IMG/VR virus record: IMGVR_UViG_3300045988_122335
Span: 1 to 42,886 of that record
Strand: one strand, 5' to 3'
From: a virus
Length of the DNA stretch: 42,886 nt
Shown: one piece after another, positions 17,214 through 26,293 of the stretch
Layout: every line of letters starts with the position of its first letter
Position numbering within the stretch: position 1 is the stretch's first letter
Notes under the pieces: generated by a model
Seen by the model: the letters and a program-made list of their open reading frames with translations, nothing else
Databases searched by the model: none
What the model was told of the DNA's origin: nothing
Made by a program: the position numbers and the translations under genes

Positions 17214-17938
17214 TTATCTTTTACCTAAATTCTTAAAGAATATATAGGCTTTCAACCTCTCGGCTTTCAACTGTTCCTCGGTCATACATTCCTCGGATTG
17301 TGCCTTAAAATCGTTTGTAAACGGTTTTTCGGGATAGTCAGGTATTTTATTGGCTGTGTTCTTATCCGCCAATGTAGCCACCAAAATGGACGAATTAAGG
17401 GCGTTCTTGAACCATGCACCTAATTCCCACCGTTCTTGTGCCTTTATTTTTTGCTTTTGCTCGTAAGCCTCAAAGTCAATTTGAATTGTTTTAGGTGTAA
17501 GCCCCCAAAAGTCGGAACGATAACCGCCTATTACTAAATATGGGAGTAACCATTCGTGATTAACCCACTCTTTGATACTCCCATACTCCTCAATAGTTTT
17601 TTGCTTTTTTGCGGTTGAGTTTATTTCTCGCTCGTTGCAGTTTCCTTTTTTTCCACCGACTGTTGGGTTGCGCGAAAAAAATCACTTTCGACTAAAGCTT
17701 CCATAAGTGGCACACAATCGTCAAACGAGCCACCGTTTTTAAGATGTGCCATAATCTCCGCTCCTGCCTGTTCAACAGTAATGTCGCCAAACCACGCTAA
17801 AAGCGCTCTAAATGCTGACATACTGGACTTTTTGAGAGCGGGAACACTCAATCCTAATTCTTCAAGCTCACATATTGCGTTGAAGTCAATCACCTTGTCG
17901 AGATTGTAGTCCTTGCCATTTATTGTTATTTTTTTCAT
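17214..17938 (-). CDS. Tail assembly chaperone, -1 frameshift-extended product (lambda GT analogue)
   Basis: The -1 frame is open from the slippery site to a TAA at 17214-17216, about 130 codons (...KKGNCNEREINSTAKKQKTIEEYGSIKEWVNHEW...KAYIFFKNLGKR*). It has no start codon of its own. Confidence 0.7.
17621..17938 (-). CDS. Tail assembly chaperone (lambda G analogue)
   Basis: 105 aa, between the major tail protein and the tape measure. It contains the slippery heptamer near its 3' end. Confidence 0.75.
   Translation of the reverse strand: MKKITINGKDYNLDKVIDFNAICELEELGLSVPALKKSSMSAFRALLAWFGDITVEQAGAEIMAHLKNGGSFDDCVPLMEALVESDFFRATQQSVEKKETATSEK
17645..17651 (-). promoter_or_regulatory. -1 programmed ribosomal frameshift slippery heptamer A_AAA_AAG
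   Basis: The minus strand reads GTG GAA AAA AAG GAA. The zero-frame phasing is X_XXY_YYZ, the same heptamer as in dnaX. Confidence 0.7.
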
Positions 17939-17988
17939 AATTAACTCCTCGGTTATAAAAAATGTTCAATCTTTGACTGATTATTTTA

Positions 17989-18486
17989 TCAAGTGTCGTT
18001 GTTGAGCAATGACTGCGCGGAATAAGTCGGGTCGTCGGCAAATTCGGGTTCGCCAAGAGGTGTAACATAAACTTCCGTCTCGTTAAGAGCATTTGTTTCC
18101 AATTCGGGTATACCCATACGCGCAGGCTGAACAGGCAAATAAACGGCTTTGTCAATGCCGGGTATATCTACACAAAACCAAGTTTTTTTACTTAACTTAA
18201 TAGCGACTTCGTAAGCGTCAACCATAGTTTCCCAAACGTTTAAAAGTTCTTGTGTGAGGTTCGCTCTAAACGGTAATGCGCCGCCAAGGTCTTTCAACAG
18301 CAATACTGACGTAGTAAATTCTTTGTTATCAAAAGTAGTAGCGTCTGCCGTATTCGGTGACGGGTTAAATGACGGGATAGACTTTAAATCGGGTATATGT
18401 GTATAGCCCGTTGTAGGTCTTGTACCTGCCGTTGTCTCTACCGCATAAGACACTTTAATGCCTACCGTAGATAATGCAATTCCCAT
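17989..18486 (-). CDS. Major tail protein
   Basis: 165 aa. Called by position and by the N-terminal pattern VSYAVETTAGTRPTTGYTHIPDLKSIP typical of siphovirus tail tube proteins. Confidence 0.7.
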   Translation of the reverse strand: MGIALSTVGIKVSYAVETTAGTRPTTGYTHIPDLKSIPSFNPSPNTADATTFDNKEFTTSVLLLKDLGGALPFRANLTQELLNVWETMVDAYEVAIKLSKKTWFCVDIPGIDKAVYLPVQPARMGIPELETNALNETEVYVTPLGEPEFADDPTYSAQSLLNNDT

Positions 18487-18506
18487 AGTTATAACTCCTT
18501 TATAGA

Positions 18507-18944
18507 TTATTTATTAACAGTAAGATTAAATCTTAATATACTGTAATAGGTTGTAGTGCCGTTTTCATAGGGCGTACTATTCGTCCATTGCGCACGGCGT
18601 GCATTTAAAATTTTCGGTATGTTTTCTTTGATAGTGTTCTTTGCAAACCAAGTGCAAAGTTTCTCACTTAACAGACTGCAAGATTTTTGCGCATTGTATT
18701 TTTTACCGCCGATATTCATTTGATTAGCCATAACAATTATTTGCAAATAGACATCTGCAACTTGTTCGCCCTCAAATGTAGTGGCTCGGTCAAGCTCCGC
18801 ATTATCCATAATGGCAAGTAATATTTCGGGTGGGTTAGGTTTAGAACCATAAGAATATTGCTCTTTAATGCCGATTGACATACTCAATTCTTTATCTTCG
18901 GCTATTCTGCCATTGATATAGCTCTTTAGTTCGTCTATAAGCAT
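18507..18944 (-). CDS. Tail completion / tail terminator protein
   Basis: 145 aa. Called by synteny. Confidence 0.45.
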   Translation of the reverse strand: MLIDELKSYINGRIAEDKELSMSIGIKEQYSYGSKPNPPEILLAIMDNAELDRATTFEGEQVADVYLQIIVMANQMNIGGKKYNAQKSCSLLSEKLCTWFAKNTIKENIPKILNARRAQWTNSTPYENGTTTYYSILRFNLTVNK

Positions 18945-18947
18945 TTA

Positions 18948-19451
18948 TCACACATCCTTTTCGTCTAAATACTGCTTAATGGCTTTTGTAGCTCCACCTT
19001 TTCTAATATGCTCGGCGGTGTGCCACATTTGTGCTTGTGCTTTCCAACCCTCGGAAAAGTTGTTGCCCCAAAACCACCCTTTAACATTGTTGACGGTAGC
19101 TTTTGTGTCGGGATTATCGTAATAATATTCCCAACCGTTTGTGGTGTGGGTTTTGCCTGCGCTCTCAAATGTTATCGGCTCTGTAGGCAAATTTCCCTCA
19201 TAAGAACCTTTGCCTACCAAACCTGTGCCATATTCAAGAAATGCAACTTGTTTGCCCTCGGCGGTTATCTTTGCTTTCCCATTGCCAGTGTTTTCAGCGC
19301 TAACCATTATGCTATCGCCGCTGTAAAGCGATTGAGCATAATCACTCCCATATTTGGAAATAGCTAAGGCAAGTTCGTCACTTGTTGTCTGTTTAAGCTT
19401 TTGCAATCGGTTTCTAAAATTTGTTATGCCAGTTACAGTAACCTTGCTCAC
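18948..19451 (-). CDS. HK97 gp10-like head-tail joining protein
   Basis: 167 aa. Called from the ...VAFLEYGTG... motif and its position. Confidence 0.5.
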   Translation of the reverse strand: MSKVTVTGITNFRNRLQKLKQTTSDELALAISKYGSDYAQSLYSGDSIMVSAENTGNGKAKITAEGKQVAFLEYGTGLVGKGSYEGNLPTEPITFESAGKTHTTNGWEYYYDNPDTKATVNNVKGWFWGNNFSEGWKAQAQMWHTAEHIRKGGATKAIKQYLDEKDV

Positions 19452-19810
19452 GGTTCTATCATCTCCAATGTGATTGTATAGGATATTAAGTGATTAAGAA
19501 CGGCAGTAACCATAGCGTTTGCACCGTCACCGTTGATATAATTCTTATCGGCAGTATTCGGCTCGTTGCCCTCGATGTAAAGCAAATCGCCCTCATTGAA
19601 TACATTATCAAAATAAGGCTTTTTAGCTTTCATATTCCAAATTCGGCTCAACTTTTCACCATACTGCAACGTGGCAAGATAACCGCTTGCAGAATTGATT
19701 GACAAATAGTTAAAGGCAAGTTTATATTCTTTCGGGGCTTCGTAAACTACTATGCCCTCGCCGTTCTCACCTATTTTCTTGCAAAGCCATATTGACTGCC
19801 CAATTTTCAT
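19448..19810 (-). CDS. Head closure / head-tail adaptor protein
   Basis: 120 aa. Called by synteny. The ORFs overlap (ATGA-type coupling). Confidence 0.45.
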   Translation of the reverse strand: MKIGQSIWLCKKIGENGEGIVVYEAPKEYKLAFNYLSINSASGYLATLQYGEKLSRIWNMKAKKPYFDNVFNEGDLLYIEGNEPNTADKNYINGDGANAMVTAVLNHLISYTITLEMIEP

Positions 19811-20160
19811 TGCTCAACCACCGACTTCGTAATAGCTTTTGCTTTAGGTGTAATAGTAGATAACAGTGTTCTTGAAATATGCGCGCTGTCAAAAGTAAAA
19901 CTCATACCATTTTCGGAATATGCCGTAACAGAAGACAGCCCGTCACGCTCTAATGTTTCTTGCATTATATTACGCACAATGCTGACATCTCGTGCGTATT
20001 CTTCGGGTATCTCCATTATTGTACGGTCAAAAGGAAAGGACAGCGACAAATATAAATTCAATGAGCAGCGGTATAAATCGTCAACTTGTTCTTCCGTCAA
20101 ATAGCTATACTTTTTATGGAAGTCCTCTTTCATTACACTTACTAAATCATTTACTTTCAT
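19807..20160 (-). CDS. Head-tail connector (gp6/gp15-like) protein
   Basis: 117 aa, the first gene after the capsid gene. Confidence 0.45.
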   Translation of the reverse strand: MKVNDLVSVMKEDFHKKYSYLTEEQVDDLYRCSLNLYLSLSFPFDRTIMEIPEEYARDVSIVRNIMQETLERDGLSSVTAYSENGMSFTFDSAHISRTLLSTITPKAKAITKSVVEQ

Positions 20161-20191
20161 AAGTCGCTATCCTTTCAAAAAATTATAAATA

Positions 20192-21151
20192 TTATTCCTT
20201 TTTAGGCTTAATCTTAATGCCTTTGAGTACAGCCGCTTTAAGAGTGTTCTTAAGGACAGTACCGGCAACAAGCTCAACCTCGCCTTTCTTAACTGCTCCG
20301 GGAGCGGTCATATCGGGCATATAGGTATTGATTACGTTGTTGCCAACGGGGGAAATGCCGTGGAAAGCGTCAAGCCCGAGAGCAACAGCATATATAGCGG
20401 TTGTACCCTCGGCAGTAGCTGACGGAGTAGAGGTCGGTATAACATCAACAGTCTTTGTGCCATTGTAATAACCGCCAACATCCATAAGCGGAATATCGTT
20501 GTAAGCCTCAACGGTTCTACCAAACGCGTCTTCACTGCGGGTGTAATAACCAGCTCTACGAGCGGCACTTCTTAACTTAGAAAGCATTTCTCTGTTCATA
20601 AGCAACATAGAGGGCTTGCCGTCAACTGCCGAAATAACAGTATCCAGTTCATCGAGGAACGCTGAATAATTGTTATCCATATTTGCTGAGGTGGTAAGGT
20701 CTACCGCGCTTGTAAACTCATTTTCAGTACCCTCAAGCGCTTTAGCAAGTCCGCTGGTAGTGTCGTTGATAGCCTTGTTATGGAAAAAGTTAGCGGTTGC
20801 TTTAATCTTCTGCTCAGCCTGAAAAGCAAGCTCATCAACAGCACCGCTTGTGTTCTGGAGAACACGGTCAACCTCAAACGAACCACCCATAATTTCAGCC
20901 TTAGCGGTCTTTTCCACGCGCTTAGCTTCACCGGGGGTGTACTCCGAGTTGATAGCGCGAACAGCCGCGGTGGACGGGGTTTTAAGCTGAATATAACCAT
21001 AAGTCAGCGTTGAACCACCTGTGCCAGGGGAAATTGCGTTGTCAAATATCAGCGCGTCAAGCAAAAGTGACGAACGCCTAAACATATCGATTATCTGCTG
21101 GTCTACTTTATCAGCCATACCAACTTTGGCTTCTGCGAGTGTAATGCTCAT
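20192..21151 (-). CDS. Major capsid protein (HK97 fold)
   Basis: 319 aa, downstream of the scaffold gene. Sequence character is typical of capsid proteins (...TYGYIQLKTPSTAAVR...GGSFEVDR...). Confidence 0.8.
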   Translation of the reverse strand: MSITLAEAKVGMADKVDQQIIDMFRRSSLLLDALIFDNAISPGTGGSTLTYGYIQLKTPSTAAVRAINSEYTPGEAKRVEKTAKAEIMGGSFEVDRVLQNTSGAVDELAFQAEQKIKATANFFHNKAINDTTSGLAKALEGTENEFTSAVDLTTSANMDNNYSAFLDELDTVISAVDGKPSMLLMNREMLSKLRSAARRAGYYTRSEDAFGRTVEAYNDIPLMDVGGYYNGTKTVDVIPTSTPSATAEGTTAIYAVALGLDAFHGISPVGNNVINTYMPDMTAPGAVKKGEVELVAGTVLKNTLKAAVLKGIKIKPKKE

Positions 21152-21165
21152 AATTGTTTGCTCCT

Positions 21166-21684
21166 TTATTTATCGTATTTTTCGTGTAGGGCTTCTACCA
21201 ATGAGGCAGGCTCTACATCAAGTTTGCCATTGCCTGCGGCGGGCGGATTGACATTATTTTTAATATCCTGCGCCGCTGATTTCTTAGAGGCACTTTCCAC
21301 TCTGTCGGACATAACCTTTGCAAAAGCGGACGGTGACTGTTCATTTTCCATAAGGTATTTGATTTCCTCGCTGGAAAAGCCATTGTCAACAAGCTGTTCT
21401 TTAGCTTTGAGAGCAGCAAGTTCTTTTTCCATTGCTTGCACTCTTGCTATTTCAGCCGCCGAGGTTTCAGCCTGTTTTTCTTCCTCTGTCTGCTTTGAAG
21501 CCTTATAATCGCCATATTCTTTTTTAATAGATTTTAACGCATTTTCGGCTTCTGTCAGTCTGCCTTTAGCGACATAATCGCCCTTTGATAGGTCGGCTAA
21601 CTTCATTTTGGATATGATTTCGCCAATTTCCTCGGCAGTCATACCCTCTTTGTAGGCTTCGCCTAACAGTTCTTGTAGTGTCAT
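21166..21684 (-). CDS. Scaffolding protein
   Basis: Highly charged and helical (AEIARVQAMEKELAALKAKEQL). Preferred start is the ATG at 21684, preceded by AGGAAAGAGGAACT. The track start at 21756 lacks an RBS. Confidence 0.7.
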   Translation of the reverse strand: MTLQELLGEAYKEGMTAEEIGEIISKMKLADLSKGDYVAKGRLTEAENALKSIKKEYGDYKASKQTEEEKQAETSAAEIARVQAMEKELAALKAKEQLVDNGFSSEEIKYLMENEQSPSAFAKVMSDRVESASKKSAAQDIKNNVNPPAAGNGKLDVEPASLVEALHEKYDK

Positions 21685-21791
21685 AGTTCCTCTTTCCTGT
21701 ATCAGCCTTAATTTGTAAATCCGCAGTCGGCGCTGCGCTTGATACATTCCTACCATAAACGCTGATAGGGGAGCGAATTTATAAAAATGCC

Positions 21792-23423
21792 TTATTCGGC
21801 AATTTTATCATTGTTCGGGTCAATTTGCTCATTCTGAACATCTTGACTTTCGGAATTGTCCGCATTAGCCACCGCATTTAAAACGTTGTTTTCAGCGGTT
21901 TTGCGTTCTTCCTCTTTTTTCTTGTTCACATTATCAATCCACTTTTGAGCGTCAGCACACGGGTCAAGTGACAAGTTTATATATTTAAGAATAAGTTCCT
22001 CGGGCATACCAATGTTATAAAGATTAGCAGCACTTTGTGTCTTACTCAAAATATCGTCATTCGGATTGATATTGTAGTGTATCTCAATCTGACTTGCGGT
22101 CAATTCATTAACTTTTGTTTGCGGTACAGTGTGGCAAACCGCTATAAGCTGTTTAAGTAACTGATAATCGGTCTTTTCGCAGCCTATTATATCACCTTTA
22201 ATAATGGTGTAGGCATTTTCCCAACCGCCACCTAAAAGTCTTGCTTTGCCAGTATCACCACCGCTTGAAGTAACGCCACTTGCAAGCGGAACGCCCGCTA
22301 TATCATAAGCCTTTGATACTCTTTGCTCATAGAATGTATTTATATCCTGCTGGCTGAATTGAATGTCAACCGTGCTGAAATCCGCGGGAGTTTCAGGATT
22401 GTTTGTTGAAATAAGAACCGCGCCACCGGCTATCATTTGGTCTACCGTGTCTTGGTCTGCTTCGACATTCTTAAATACATACAATTTGTTGGCGTTATCA
22501 TAAACACAGTCGGCACAGTTTGAAACAACCATATTGATAGCGTTAAATAGGCTTAAATTAAGCTCTATTATGCCTATACGCTCTTTGTTGAATATATGCT
22601 CTATAATCGGCAGATAACGATAACTTTCGGGCTGTGGGTGTATTTCGGGCACATTTGAGCTTATAGTAATGCAATTTGGAAACGCCACATTGCTATACAC
22701 GAAAACATTATCCCTTGTATAAACAGTGATTATATATCGTCTTCCGACATTGTTAAATAACGCATTATCGGTAATATCGGCTATATTTACGCAGAAAAGC
22801 TCTATTTCACCGACATATGAAGAATATACAACAAAGTTTTCAAGCGGGCTAACACAATTCATAGCAAACGGTGCTTCGGTATCTTTGTCATAGTCTATCG
22901 AATATGTACCGTCTACATTTATAATGTCAGTCCTCGGCTGAACAAATGATGTGCCTACGCCATATTTAAACGCGTCCTTTTTAATTTCCATAAATTCAGT
23001 ATGAAAACCACTATCGGACAAAAAGCGGTCAAATATGTGCAAATCATCATTGCAATTATCACTTTTATGCGAAAACTGCATTTTATCGCCCAACATAAAG
23101 TTTACTTTAAAGTCAACCTGCCGTTTTGCGTGATTTTCAACGATTTTACTGTTGTAGTTAGACACATACGGTCTTGTTTTTGCTAAAATATCCTGCTTGC
23201 CCTCGTAAACATCAGAATAGTATTGTATTTTCTTAATATTTTCTTTATGCGCTGCAAGGCATTGATTGAGATAGTTTTTAAATACTGCAATAGTCTGTTC
23301 GGGTGTGCGTATTTCGTCAGGCTTTATTGGAATTTTTATCTTTTTAATACCCTGATATGAAAATTTCAAATTATTCACTCCAAAAACAAAAAATGCAAAG
23401 CCACAGCTTTTGTGACCTTGCAC
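21792..23423 (-). CDS. Portal protein
   Basis: 543 aa, positioned after terL. A likelier start is the TTG at 23369 (GGAG 8 nt upstream). Confidence 0.75.
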   Translation of the reverse strand: MQGHKSCGFAFFVFGVNNLKFSYQGIKKIKIPIKPDEIRTPEQTIAVFKNYLNQCLAAHKENIKKIQYYSDVYEGKQDILAKTRPYVSNYNSKIVENHAKRQVDFKVNFMLGDKMQFSHKSDNCNDDLHIFDRFLSDSGFHTEFMEIKKDAFKYGVGTSFVQPRTDIINVDGTYSIDYDKDTEAPFAMNCVSPLENFVVYSSYVGEIELFCVNIADITDNALFNNVGRRYIITVYTRDNVFVYSNVAFPNCITISSNVPEIHPQPESYRYLPIIEHIFNKERIGIIELNLSLFNAINMVVSNCADCVYDNANKLYVFKNVEADQDTVDQMIAGGAVLISTNNPETPADFSTVDIQFSQQDINTFYEQRVSKAYDIAGVPLASGVTSSGGDTGKARLLGGGWENAYTIIKGDIIGCEKTDYQLLKQLIAVCHTVPQTKVNELTASQIEIHYNINPNDDILSKTQSAANLYNIGMPEELILKYINLSLDPCADAQKWIDNVNKKKEEERKTAENNVLNAVANADNSESQDVQNEQIDPNNDKIAE

Positions 23424-23442
23424 TTGATACTTTTAACCCGTC

Positions 23443-23643
23443 TTAGGGCTTATTTGTCATTTTCTGCACCGAATAACTTATTTTTCTCTTGCAGTTCGGG
23501 CAAATAATGTTTTGATTGCTATTTTGTATGTTAAAATCTACATCAAATCCATATTTTACATAGACTTTTATAGATTTTGTATGGCACATAGGACATTCTT
23601 TTACTACCAAAACACTGCCCCCTTTTAATTCTATTATATGCAA
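23443..23643 (-). CDS. Small zinc-ribbon protein between terL and portal
   Basis: CPMCH...CPNCK. The true start is probably the internal TTG after AAAAGGGGGC, giving about 55 aa. Confidence 0.5.
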   Translation of the reverse strand: MHIIELKGGSVLVVKECPMCHTKSIKVYVKYGFDVDFNIQNSNQNIICPNCKRKISYSVQKMTNKP

Positions 23644-23660
23644 TGTTGCAAATTTGTCAA
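23633..23660 (-). promoter_or_regulatory. Near-consensus promoter immediately after the terL stop
   Basis: The minus strand reads TTGACA-16 nt-TATAAT. Confidence 0.45.
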
Positions 23661-23668
23661 GTATTTTT

Positions 23669-25999
23669 TTAATTTGCTCGTCTGCGATTAAGAATTGTGA
23701 TGGAATTTTGCCGCTTTTTGAAAGATAAATATTTTTGAGCGTACATTGCTATCACATCGGCACTATCATCATAGGCATTGTGCGCCGTATATGAAAACGA
23801 GGTGAGGTACTTCATAAACTTGCCAAACTCAGAGCCTTGCGCATACATTCCAAATTCGGGGAACACAATGCACGATTTAATAGTCGCCTCATTATCGTAT
23901 ATTTTATCTTCTTTATGCTTATAGCTATATACTTCTGTAATATTACAATAATCTATACCTCTTTCGTAAAGCATACCACGCAATAGTGTGGCAAGGCTTG
24001 TATCGGTATTCCGCTCTATGTGCAATCGGGTAATGTGGTGCTGCTCTATTTTACGAATTATAGTAGGATATATCTTTTCCATAGGTTTCATTTCAAATAT
24101 ACAGTCTTTAAGATAATGTTTATCGCCTATAGGAAGACAAATAGCCATTGCTATATAGTTTGCGCCAGTACGCGCAGGGTCAAGCATAGCCCAACAGCTT
24201 TCCTCGTCTTTTTCTTCCTCAATATGTGGTATAGCCTTATATGTTAATAGATTATCATAGCTAAAAGCACAACCCTCAATAGGCATAGGCTCTTGCATAT
24301 CCATAGCCATAAAAGTATTATAGTCAGCAAGTCTATCTGCACGAGCTTTCTCGGTTGTGTACTTATGCGGATATGTGCTTTCGTCAGTGTCCCAGTCAAG
24401 TTTAGGCACAGAAACAAAAACAGATTTATATTTCGCATTGAATTTTGTGTATTTGTTGATTTTACTCTGTTTAGCCGTATCACCGCCATATTTGCGCTTT
24501 ATCGTAGACAAAAAGTCATAAATATGGTAGGTAGTGCCACTGAAAACCTCAAAACTGTTATTATCGTCATATTTTCGCTTTTCCCATTGGGCTTGATACT
24601 GCTCTATATCTTTTTCGTGCATATTGATATTGCCCTTATCTTTTGACCGTGTAATATCATCGTAAAAGCGGTATTTATATCGTCCACCGTCCACAGGGGT
24701 ATCTTTATTTGCTAATAGGAACGATGTACCTTTAATACTGCCGTGAATAAGCAAGCGTGCCACCTGATTATTGCCACCCTCACGTCGAACATCAAATATT
24801 TTGTCCTTGTCACCCTCAAATTGAGCATAATAAGGGAATACTTTGGCATAATTGGGCTTGCACATATATTTTACCAATTTTGCGGACATATCGGTTATCA
24901 ATGAGGGGTTTCCGACTATTTTTAATACATCTGCATTTATATCTACACCAAATATATAAGCTATCAAAACGGTATCGGCATAGCTATTATGTGATACTAT
25001 GCCATTTGCAATAAAATTGTGCGTTTCTTCGACTTCAATATCAACCATATCAGTTAAATCTTCGTCAAATTCTATGCTTTTTATTTTTTGCCATACAAAG
25101 TTATTTGAAAGAACCTCTTTAATCAATCCCGTTTTTTCTAAAAATTCATTAACTTCATCGCCATAATTAAACGGCGGACAAATTTCAAAAAGGCAATCAC
25201 TCAAAGCTATATCTTTACACATTTTATAACCTTTATCGGTATACAATCTATGTTCGGGGCTACAAACTATCGCTTTGCCGTCATTAAGTTCAATTCTAAC
25301 TTGTTTTTTCTCTGTTTTCCATTTGTTTGTTATTTGTCTTACGACAGCCTTATTTTCTTTCATAGAATACACAAAATCGCCAATATTAACATCTTTGATA
25401 GGTTTATACCCCTGAATGGTTAAAATAGGCGTATCAGCTTTTAGGCATTTCCCAAACCCCGTAGGGCATTGCTTTTCAAGGTATTTCACAGTGCCGTCAA
25501 GCACCATTTTATCGGCATAATACCAAAATCCCTTAAAACAATTAAGGTTATATTTCCATACCTTATCATTTTCAGGCATACCCCACTCCATATAAAGTGC
25601 AAAGTGTTCTATGTTGCGGAAAGCCGACAAAGCGTAGAAATTCTCATACAATTTGCCGTATTCGGTATAATTCTCTTGTAATTTCAGCAGCCGAGCCTTG
25701 TTTTCCTCGGTGAATTTCTCTTTTTTGAGTTTATCAGCCAAAACAGCCATTTTTTTCAGTTTATCACGCAATGTAGGCAAAACAAATTTGCAGACATACT
25801 CAATGTGCTTGCGGATTTCGTCATCGCCCTCGTTATCACGCAACTGCGCCAAATAACCGTGTATCTGCGAGTGCATAGTGCGATATAAATTATCGCTGAC
25901 AGCTAAAACATACTCATCACTGTCTAAATACTTTGCATTTTTGCGCATTTCGCTAAACGTAACGCAGCTTTCACGAACAATCTCACCGATATTATCCAT
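23669..25999 (-). CDS. terL: Terminase large subunit, interrupted by a mini-intein in the Walker A motif
   Basis: 776-aa ORF. The extein junction restores PTGFGK|SYADTVL (Walker A GxGKS). The C-terminal nuclease-type region is present. RBS is GGAGGTG. Confidence 0.85.
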   Translation of the reverse strand: MDNIGEIVRESCVTFSEMRKNAKYLDSDEYVLAVSDNLYRTMHSQIHGYLAQLRDNEGDDEIRKHIEYVCKFVLPTLRDKLKKMAVLADKLKKEKFTEENKARLLKLQENYTEYGKLYENFYALSAFRNIEHFALYMEWGMPENDKVWKYNLNCFKGFWYYADKMVLDGTVKYLEKQCPTGFGKCLKADTPILTIQGYKPIKDVNIGDFVYSMKENKAVVRQITNKWKTEKKQVRIELNDGKAIVCSPEHRLYTDKGYKMCKDIALSDCLFEICPPFNYGDEVNEFLEKTGLIKEVLSNNFVWQKIKSIEFDEDLTDMVDIEVEETHNFIANGIVSHNSYADTVLIAYIFGVDINADVLKIVGNPSLITDMSAKLVKYMCKPNYAKVFPYYAQFEGDKDKIFDVRREGGNNQVARLLIHGSIKGTSFLLANKDTPVDGGRYKYRFYDDITRSKDKGNINMHEKDIEQYQAQWEKRKYDDNNSFEVFSGTTYHIYDFLSTIKRKYGGDTAKQSKINKYTKFNAKYKSVFVSVPKLDWDTDESTYPHKYTTEKARADRLADYNTFMAMDMQEPMPIEGCAFSYDNLLTYKAIPHIEEEKDEESCWAMLDPARTGANYIAMAICLPIGDKHYLKDCIFEMKPMEKIYPTIIRKIEQHHITRLHIERNTDTSLATLLRGMLYERGIDYCNITEVYSYKHKEDKIYDNEATIKSCIVFPEFGMYAQGSEFGKFMKYLTSFSYTAHNAYDDSADVIAMYAQKYLSFKKRQNSITILNRRRAN
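24986..25447 (-). mobile_element. Mini-intein (154 aa, no homing-endonuclease domain) in the terL P-loop
   Basis: Starts with CLKADTPILT (block A, Cys1 = residue 185). Block B is GKAIVCSPEHRLYT and block F is DMVDIEVEETHNFIANG. It ends IVSHN (residue 338), followed by +1 Ser. Confidence 0.85.
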
Positions 26000-26057
26000 T
26001 TATAGCACCTCCGCCATTTTTTATAATTATAGCAAATAAGCCAAACAATTTCAAGTG

Positions 26058-26105
26058 TATAAAAAGCGACCGCCCAGCAGAGAGGTGTACAACTGCCAAG
26101 CGGTC
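26058..26105 (-). terminator. Intrinsic terminator-like hairpin in the terL leader (T2)
   Basis: Minus-strand RNA GACCGCUUGGCAG-13 nt loop-CUGCUGGGCGGUC (13 bp including 3 G.U pairs), followed by GCUUUUUAUA. It lies between promoter P2 and the terL RBS. Confidence 0.55.
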
Positions 26106-26167
26106 AAAGAAAGGAGATAATGAAAACGTCTAAACAAAACTTAAAAAGCTTATCAGAGTTCAAATAC

Positions 26168-26196
26168 AATATACCACATATTTTCTCATTTGTCAA
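26168..26196 (-). promoter_or_regulatory. Promoter P2 upstream of terL
   Basis: The minus strand reads TTGACA-aatgagaaaatatgtgg(17)-TATATT. Confidence 0.6.
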
Positions 26197-26200
26197 TAGC

Positions 26201-26229
26201 AAAAAAGCAATAACCATTACAGCTATTGC
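26201..26229 (-). terminator. Intrinsic terminator T1
   Basis: Minus-strand RNA GCAAUAGC-UGUAAUG-GUUAUUGC followed by UUUUUU. Confidence 0.55.
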
Positions 26230-26264
26230 CTTTCCGCTATATCCAAAATTATTACTGCATAGCC

Positions 26265-26293
26265 ATTATATCATACCCATTACTATTTGTCAA
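26265..26293 (-). promoter_or_regulatory. Promoter P1 (perfect consensus), overlapping the last codons of the 26283..26567 gene
   Basis: The minus strand reads TTGACA-aatagtaatgggtatga(17)-TATAAT. Terminator T1 lies about 40-60 nt downstream. Confidence 0.6.
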
